NCBI GenBank assembly: GCA_951406725.2
Contig: OX597830.1
Span: 29,884,001 to 29,948,000, forward strand
Source of the DNA: Octopus vulgaris
Taxonomy: Eukaryota
Direction of reading: 5' to 3'
Length of the DNA stretch: 64,000 nucleotides
In this document: one piece after another, positions 55,172-64,000 of the stretch
Numbering within the stretch: the first letter of the stretch is position 1
Layout: the number at the start of each line of letters is the position of its first letter
The notes under the pieces: model-generated
What the model was told of the DNA's origin: nothing
What the model saw: the letters and a program-made list of their open reading frames with translations, nothing else
The model's database searches: none
Program-made: the position numbers and the translations under genes

Positions 55172-55625
55172 TACTGGGTTGAGAAAAAAGTCTGTGTGTT
55201 AAAATAATGAATTTTTATGCAAGAATTTGTTCAAAAACAACAACTAGTCTTCAAAATAAAGACCATCATTTTCTACGATCTTCTGCCTACAATCTGAAAG
55301 CTATCGGATTTGGTCAAAGAACCAATCTTTCGGCTTTGAATCGAAACATTCTTCACAGGTTTCTTCAACTTCATCGAATGAATCAAATAGGTGACCTTTC
55401 ATAAAGTGCTGCATTTATCGGAAGAGACCGTAGTCAGATGGAGCAACGTCTGGATTATAGGCTGGATGCGGCAGAACTGTAACGCCGTCTAATGCTTCAA
55501 TCTTCTTGCTGGTTTTTCTGGCGGTATGCAGCTTTGCATCGTCTTGTTGAAACGAAACGCGTTTTCAACGAACAATTCTTGGGTTCTTTTCAACCAGCGT
55601 ATCGTAGACAAGATCAAGTTGCTCG
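55172..55625 (-). mobile_element. mariner transposon 3' remnant (same family as 61007-61525)
   Basis: minus strand [14 protein letters not shown]...HPAYNPDVAPSDYGLFR; matches 61140-61520; TIR-like tactgggttgagaaaaaagt. Confidence 0.85.
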
Positions 55626-55772
55626 AGTACAGCAGGGATCGCCTCCACCCACCTTCCGGGAGTCTCGTGGAGCTTTTAGATGTTTTCGCTCAATAAACAC
55701 TCACAACGTCCGGTTTGGGAATCGAAACCGCAATCCTACGACCCCTGGCCTAACCACTGGGCCACTGCGCCC
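55626..55772 (-). mobile_element. SINE family B 5' fragment
   Basis: ttttcgctcaataaacactcacaacg...gggaatcgaaaccgc...taaccactgggccactgcgcc. Confidence 0.85.
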
Positions 55773-55785
55773 CCAGCCCCACCCG

Positions 55786-55883
<98 letters not shown>

Positions 55884-55999
55884 TGTATATATATATATAT
55901 GTATATATGAATGTGTGTATGTCTGTGTGTGTTTGTATATATATAATGCTCCTGAGAATAAGTTTTCCATAATAGGGTAAATTACTGCTATAAATATTT

Positions 56000-56160
56000 A
56001 CGTTGTCTCAATCTCCAAATTAATGCCGAATCCCATAAAATTAATTACGAAAGACATTAATATCTAAAACACACCTTGAAATACTCCGACCACGTTCTTG
56101 ATTATTCTTCAAGCACCAATTTTTGGTTAGTTCATAATAACTTTTAAGCAAGCATCTAAG
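56000..56160 (+). repeat. unclassified dispersed repeat, second copy at about 62920-63080
   Basis: both contain cattaatatctaaaacaca.cttgaa.ta.tcc...attcttc...accaatt...ttagttcat. Confidence 0.65.
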
Positions 56161-56315
56161 GAGCCAATCAGCATTCTGGAACCGCTTACAGGTATTACTT
56201 GTGGCCATACATATACACAAGCGCACCTATCAATTATACATGCAAATACGCATACATCCGTATACACACATAAACATAAGTATGTGTCTTGGTGTGCGTG
56301 TGTGTGTGCTTGTGC

Positions 56316-56352
<37 letters not shown>

Positions 56353-56497
56353 AGTGAAAATGAAGTTAGCAGAAAACATCACAATTTATTCGAGTCGAGG
56401 TGTACACACAACCGAATCCCCCACACTCAAATTATTGGTATTCACATTTTTTTTAAAATTGATATATATGTCTTAATATTATTGATTTAAAATAATC

Positions 56498-56532
<35 letters not shown>

Positions 56533-56640
56533 TAGATAGATAGATATATAGATATAGATATAGATATAGATATATCTATCTATATATATATATTTATGCA
56601 TGTATGTATGTATGTATTTATATATATATGTATATATATA

Positions 56641-56760
56641 CTTTATTTAAAGCGGCAGAAAATTCAGCAAAACCTGTTACTCTGAGTTTCCCGTTGCCGT
56701 TCATCGGACAGTATTTGAGTACTCTTTTTTCCTTGTTCTACATTTATGTGTTTACTCCGG
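56641..56760. mobile_element. internally deleted copy of the 19914-20140 element
   Basis: same start ctttatttaaa and same end catttatgtg.ttactccggta; right arm missing. Confidence 0.8.
56674..56711 (-). ncRNA. minimal type I hammerhead (U4C variant)
   Basis: minus strand CTGT-CCGATGA-ACG-GCAA-CGG-GAAA-CTC-A-GAG-TA-ACAG. Confidence 0.68.
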
Positions 56761-56798
<38 letters not shown>

Positions 56799-58096
56799 CA
56801 CGCACACACGTACATACATACCCATGAGAGGATCTGCAAAAATCTGTACAACCTTCCAGAACTTTGTCATCTAAGTACATAGGAGTATATCAAGACACGC
56901 AGCTATATGCATGCGTTCATACATACATATGTAGCCTGTTGATGTTGAAATTCCAGCGAAAGCGCCTTGGATATATGTCAGAAACCGGTTCCATCTATTC
57001 GCAACAAATCTTGAAATAAATTGCTTAATGATATACATATAGACACACATATACATACATTGAAACATGCGTAGATATAATAGGTGACACAGACGTGTTT
57101 CGGCAAATTAGTTGCATGGAAACAAGAACTATATATAAAACAATACGCCTACACCCGCCTTGTATCCCCTTTTAATATTAGATACCAACACACCTAGATT
57201 ATATCCATTTCGAAATATAGAATTCTTAGGTAAGAAGAATTTTACAAAAATTCAACTTCCTTCATTATATCAGAAATATATGTTCGTCTTTTGGAGCGAC
57301 GATGACCATATAGTTATCCTTATCATCCGTGATCATCTTTAATGCAGTAGCAAAACTATGTCAAGAGGACTAGGGATAGAGACGTATATTGTAGTGGATG
57401 ACCAAGGTGTCGTGCATAGCTTAATTTATTCTCAGCACTTCACAACACATTGCTGCAGTTGTCCTCCCCTCCATTGAGCCATATATGTTTCTTCATCAAA
57501 TTCTGCTGGATCTGCGCTTAATATGCATAGGTAAGCAAGCCCCCAAAATATATACATATATATAAATTGCTACAAACTGCACTAACATGTACAGCTTTAG
57601 CCGTTCTTCATTTCAGTTTTATCCTTGTCCTTATTTTTGTGATCTTTGTCTGAAATCTTTAGTCACCTCCCTGTGACCTCTCCAGTGACTAAGCAGAATA
57701 GGAGGAGACGTGGGATGGAGAGTCACAGCAGGAATCACAGGATATGCAAAACGAATATATAGAGCGTGTGTTTATTTGGCAAAACAGACATGGCCATCTC
57801 GAAATATGATAACATCTGTTTCAATACACTACTTCACATCAGGCACCTTGCAAAACAAAAGCATAAATGGAAAATTTTTTAATGGAATTTCCAAGATGCG
57901 ATCAAAATAAATTATGTCGAAATAGGATACCTATGAATCGAATGTGTCAATATTACTCCGATATTGTTACATAGATGTATATAAACTACAAACTTCCCCT
58001 AAAACTGCCGTAGCCATTTACTGACGACTGATGAGGGAATCATACGAAAATATAAACCACAATTTTTGAGGAACAAAACATATCTATTGATTCATT

Positions 58097-58213
<117 letters not shown>

Positions 58214-58502
58214 ATAGATAGATGGATAGATAGATAGATAACTTGATGTATTCTAAATGTTTCATCGTTTTAGTTACATACATACATACATACATACATA
58301 CACAAACATACACAAACACATACACACACTCATACGTATACAAATATGTATATATACTGGTATATATGTATACATATAGGTATATGTACACACATGCATT
58401 TATGGGAATAAATTAATATATAAGTTTCTTATTTAACCGAGTCTCTCCCAATTGAGCATGATGTAGCTGATAATTATGTGCATGCGCACAAACATATATT
58501 TC

Positions 58503-58569
<67 letters not shown>

Positions 58570-59512
58570 TGTATATGTAAGTATATATATATATATATAT
58601 GCATATATATGTATATATATATATATATATTATTATATGCGCATATACGTGTGTGTTCATACACATATACATCCACACAAACATTCATGTAAACATATCT
58701 ACACATAATTTTACCTACACGCACACACTCACACACACACATACACACATACACACACATACACTCACATATACACACATGCATAACATTATGTGTTTTG
58801 CAGAATACTTTCCGTTTCCCTAAAGGAACAGTTATCAAGTTACAATTTCTAATGCTTATTACATGATTAACATTTACGAAGTTAATGTCTATGAGCGTTT
58901 GCGTGTATTCATGTATTCACAAGTTCTTATCCATGTGTTTATACGTGTATTATATTCTACGTTTATATCTGATCTACAAACTTCATTTCTTTAATGATTT
59001 CCAGACATTTCTCCAATGAGATATAATTGGATTATACGCTAACAATTTATACTCGTTCTCATTACAGCTTCTTCGTTTTCACGTTGCCTTGTTTTATTTT
59101 AGGGATTTTTATTCTTTCATTTTTTTAATTCTTTATTATATTTCACTCGATCTTCGAAAATCCGTATATGAGGATTCACCAATCCATATCCCCTTATTGT
59201 AATGATTAATCCCAAATGAATCTCAAGTTTCAACAAAAAAAAAATAACATAAATTTAGCTTAGAAGTTCGAAGCGGCGTCATGAAAATTAGTTCCATCAT
59301 ATATTTAGTAAATTGCGTTGAGTGTTGCGGGATTGAAACGGTGGCTATATTTTCTTTTCTTTCTTTCTTTCCTGAGTTTTTTTTTTCTTTTAAATGTATA
59401 CATATATGAAAAAATGCTCGTATCTGTATTTATGTGTGTATATATATATGTGTGTGTTGTGTGTGTATGTGTGTGTGCTTACATATATGAGCATGTAGAA
59501 ATATGTATGAAT

Positions 59513-59591
<79 letters not shown>

Positions 59592-60175
59592 TTTATATAT
59601 ACATATATATAAATATATACATGCATATATATACATATATATATACATATATATATATACATATACATATATATATATATATGGATCTTTTCCTTTTGAA
59701 AGACGGAATTCAACACAATTTCTAGTTAACTAAACAATTTAAAACTTCGTATACTGGTAGAATGTGTCAAAAGAAAACATTATTTCACTTGGCTTTTTTG
59801 ATAAATTTCTAATTCGTTTGTTTAACGTAGTTTAATTTTTCGAATTTTAACCAATCGTATGCTCTCTTTTGAGCTGAAATCATTTGCAGCGTTATCGATA
59901 TTGATAAACAAACGAGAAGGCATGTGCTAGAAATAACAGCCATATCTCTTAAATGTCAAAAGGAAATTATCCCACACGCATACAAACACTTGCATATACA
60001 AGCGCGCCTGCATATAGTAGTAAATATACGTACACACGCACACATGCACACACAGACAAGTATACATATACATACACAAAGCTACATGCTTATACGCATA
60101 TACGCACGCCGCATACACACACACACATATATTCAGATACATACACACGTACACTTGCACAAACACAGACACACA

Positions 60176-60220
<45 letters not shown>

Positions 60221-61006
60221 ATGGAGATAAAGGGTGAATTACTAAGCATGCTTTCAACACGACTGGTTTCGTCTGGTTTTGGAGTATTACCAAGAATCTC
60301 TAATCTATTACTTTGGACTGACTGGGAAAGCTATGCAGAGATAATTATAAAAAATTCTATGAGCAACATGCTTCGATTTTACTAATTTCTAAAGCAATGC
60401 ATTCACTGATGGAATGCATCAGTAATATACCGAGAATGATGTCGATCTTACTATCATTATATATATAGGCAATAACCATTTAAAACTAGTCGATCTGTTC
60501 TCGGTTTCTTTCAGTATCCATACAGTTTAATCAGAAGTGTCTTGTATCAGGAATCTAATTATTGAATACACACTGCCAGCGAATGTACTGAACATAAATG
60601 ATTGAAATCTGTGTTTTTATATCTTTAGCATCTTTTTTAGGTACATCTGTTTCCTCCTATGTCTCAAAAAAATTGGAGTAAACACGCGTGATGGGAGAGG
60701 AAAGAAAAACATACGAGATAATACAGCTTTGCTAGAGTTGTTTCAGCGGACAGAGTCCGTTTGTTCTAACACAGTATCTAGCTATATTTTAGTTCATATT
60801 TATTAAAAGTACGCACGTGAAAGACTTACTTATCAAGGGCTCATGTGTATTTGTGCGGTTGAGGCACTCTCTTTGCAGTTATGTGTTTTCGGGTTCGTTT
60901 TCATCATGCGACATATTTGGCACGTATCTTCTAAAGCTCCGGGGCGACTGACGAATTGTAAATGTAACTGGTCAACGTAAATTGGATGGAGGCCTTCGCA
61001 TATATG

Positions 61007-61525
61007 TATTAAGTTGAGGAAAAAGTTCATGCTCCGAATTTGTGCCCGATGGTCGCACCATCAACACTGAAGTTTACTGAGAGCAACTTCACCGAATCTA
61101 CTATGCTCTCGTTGAAAAGCACCCAAGACTTGTTCGTTGAAAACGCTCTTTGTTTAAACAAGACAATCTAAAGCCGCATACCGCCAGAAAGACAGAGCAA
61201 CAACATTGAAGAATTAGACGGTGTGGAAGTTCTGCAGCATCCAGCTTCTAGTTCAGACGTTGCTCCATCTGACTACGATCTCTTCCGATCAATGCAGCAT
61301 TTTATGAAAGGTCACCGTTTTGATTCATTCGATGAAGTTGAAGAAGCCTGTGAAGAATGTTTCGATTCAAAGTCAAAAGATTGGTTCTTTGACCAAATCC
61401 GAAAGCTTGCAGATCGTTGGCAGAATGTCGTGGAAAATGATGGTCTTTATTTTGTTGTTGAATAAATTCTTGCATAAAAAATCACTATTTTAACAAAGCG
61501 AAAGAACCTTTTCTTCCAACTGGTA
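61007..61525 (+). mobile_element. internally deleted mariner transposon
   Basis: QDNLKPHTARKT and ORF 61223..61465 HPASSSDVAPSDYDLFRSMQHF...RWQNVVENDGLYF (mariner YSPDLAPSD motif); degenerate TIRs at both ends with TA. Confidence 0.9.
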
Positions 61526-62301
61526 TATGTGAATATGTATGTGTTTGTATGTATGTGTGTTTGTCGCCTCTGTCATCGCTACTTGACAACTGTTGTTGCC
61601 TTTTTAACATTTCTGTAACTCATGAACAGATATCATAAGTGCCAAACTTTAAAACAAATTAAGCAGTGCTGTCGATTTCTTCGGGTAAAACGCTTCAAAT
61701 GTATGAGCCAACCTGGCTGCAGTCTAATGACTTAAGCAAAAATAAAAAAATAAATGATAAATATGTATGAGTATTTGCGTATGTAAATATTTGTGTGTGT
61801 GTATGTGTGTGTTTTCATTTACAAATTAGGTAGAAAAAGGACTCAATATATGTCGTAATGTGCATTTACTCGTTTCAAATCAATAATTCAACCCACAGCT
61901 GCTAGGAGATTGCCGTTTTTGCTTCTTCATGCATGGGGTCACATGAAGACAAGCAGAACGGAGACACCGTACGCAAAAATCCCACTCAAACTATGTAGCT
62001 ATTGAATAAATCATCGGTATTACTGAAATATTAATAACAATAATAATAACAATAACACACACACACATGCAAACACTCAAACACACACACATATATATAT
62101 ATATGTGTGTGTATGCATATATATATATATATACGTATTCATATATATATATACAAAGATACATATAAAGACAGATATGTACATACATACACAGATACAA
62201 GCATTTCGTACATTCTTACATAGATACGTACATATATACTTTCATAGATAAACACCATAAACACACGTCTGAGCGCGTTTCAGAGAGTTATTTTCTGTAT
62301 G

Positions 62302-62334
<33 letters not shown>

Positions 62335-62362
62335 TTGTACATATATATATATATATATACAC

Positions 62363-62393
<31 letters not shown>

Positions 62394-62517
62394 TATAGAG
62401 AGAGATACATATATATATGTATATATACAATCTATATACATATATTCACACATATATATATGTGTGTGTGTGTATACGTATGCAAGTATAAGTGCGTGTA
62501 TATATATATACATACAA

Positions 62518-62551
<34 letters not shown>

Positions 62552-63264
62552 ATGTAGATATATACATGCATACATATATACATACATACATTCATGCATG
62601 CATACATATATACATACATACCATATATTTATGTGTTTATATGAATTAGTATGACATTTAATGTCTGTGTGTGTGTTTGTTTGTTTAAATACGCGTGTGG
62701 ATGAAATTCCGACTAATTTAATTTAATATTTCTTTTATTGAGTAGAAATATTTCATCAAATTATTTTGATAGTTACAAACACCACACTAAACTTTACATT
62801 AGTCCCTCGGGTTTAACTGTAAAACTACACCAATTCGCAGCGCATTCGTCTGACTCATATTACCAGCAATATTCACGGTTAATAAACATAGGTCAAAATA
62901 GCGCTATAAACATTTACATTGTTTCACTCCCAAAATCAATTCCTGCGTCCATAAATTAGCTATGAAAAGCCATTAATATCTAAAACACAGCTTGAAGTAT
63001 TCCAGCCAGATTCTACATAATTCTTCTTAAACCAATTCTTAATTAGTTCATTAAGAGTTTTAAACAAACAACCTAGCTGCTAATCACTGTACACGGACCA
63101 CACACTGCTATTATTGGTATTCGCATGCCTGTACGCACCCACTACTCCGAACACACACACATACACACACAAACACATACACAAAGTAAACACACACGCA
63201 CACATATATATTTATACAGGCTCTCAAATATTTATAAATACATACCTATATGTATATATATAGG

Positions 63265-63313
<49 letters not shown>

Positions 63314-63361
63314 ATATGTATATATGTGAATGTATGTGTGTGTGTGTGTGTATTATCTGTA

Positions 63362-63560
63362 ATTCTTTTACTTGTTTCAGTCATTAGACTGCGGCCACGC
63401 TGGGGTACCACCCCGAATAATCTTGAACAAACGAATCTACCTCAGCACATAATTTAAGAGCTTGATATCTATTATAGGGCTTGCTTTCGACGAACTGCAA
63501 CGTTATGGGGCGTAAGCACATCAACACTAGTAGTCAAATACAGACGAACACACACACACA
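63362..63560 (-). mobile_element. SINE family A 3' half
   Basis: ttcttttacttgtttcagtcattagactgcggccacgctgggg. Confidence 0.75.
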
Positions 63561-63709
63561 TACACACACATACACACAGACTCACACATGCATACGTAAT
63601 AAATATATACATACATGTATACATACATACATAGATAAACAGATAACCAGACTGACAAACAGACATAGAAGGAAAGATGATAAATAAATAGACAAATATA
63701 TACATAAAG

Positions 63710-63753
63710 AGGTAGGTAGATAGAAAGATAGATAGATTGATAGATAGATAGAT

Positions 63754-63786
<33 letters not shown>

Positions 63787-63836
63787 CATAGATAAATAGA
63801 TAGATAGATAAATAGATAGATATATAGATAGCTAAT

Positions 63837-63914
<78 letters not shown>

Positions 63915-63925
63915 GATAGATAGAT

Positions 63926-64000
<75 letters not shown>
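63710..64000. repeat. (GATA)n/(GAAA)n microsatellite
   Basis: direct reading. Confidence 0.95.

Noticed and set aside
58028-58056. CTGATGA...GAAA hammerhead-like spacing
   Set aside because: Stems I, II and III do not pair convincingly; at most a decayed remnant
60735-60775. cggac-aga-gtccg hairpin next to GAAAC on the minus strand
   Set aside because: No recognisable first core box, so it is not called as a ribozyme

Overview
This is AT-rich, repeat-saturated animal genomic DNA that looks intronic or intergenic. The tRNA-derived SINE types and the extreme (TA)n/(CA)n/(TACA)n/(GATA)n load suggest a coleoid cephalopod such as Octopus; this is an inference, not a database result. No intact host protein-coding gene can be supported, and nearly all listed ORFs are microsatellite artefacts. 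The recognisable content is mobile DNA: two R4/Dong-like LINE 3' fragments flanking one (TAA)n tract, three L1/Tx1-like LINE fragments, Penelope-like elements (PLEs) with GIY-YIG endonuclease remnants, two mariner remnants, several foldback and piggyBac-like MITEs, and three abundant SINE families. The most notable signal is a dense set of minimal type I hammerhead-ribozyme motifs from several PLE-linked families. Nine are readable and several more are degenerate. They include core variants (a compensatory U3:A8 pair, U4C, A6U) and two foldback elements that carry a ribozyme on each strand. One SINE family also shares its 3' terminus with the Tx1-like LINE.
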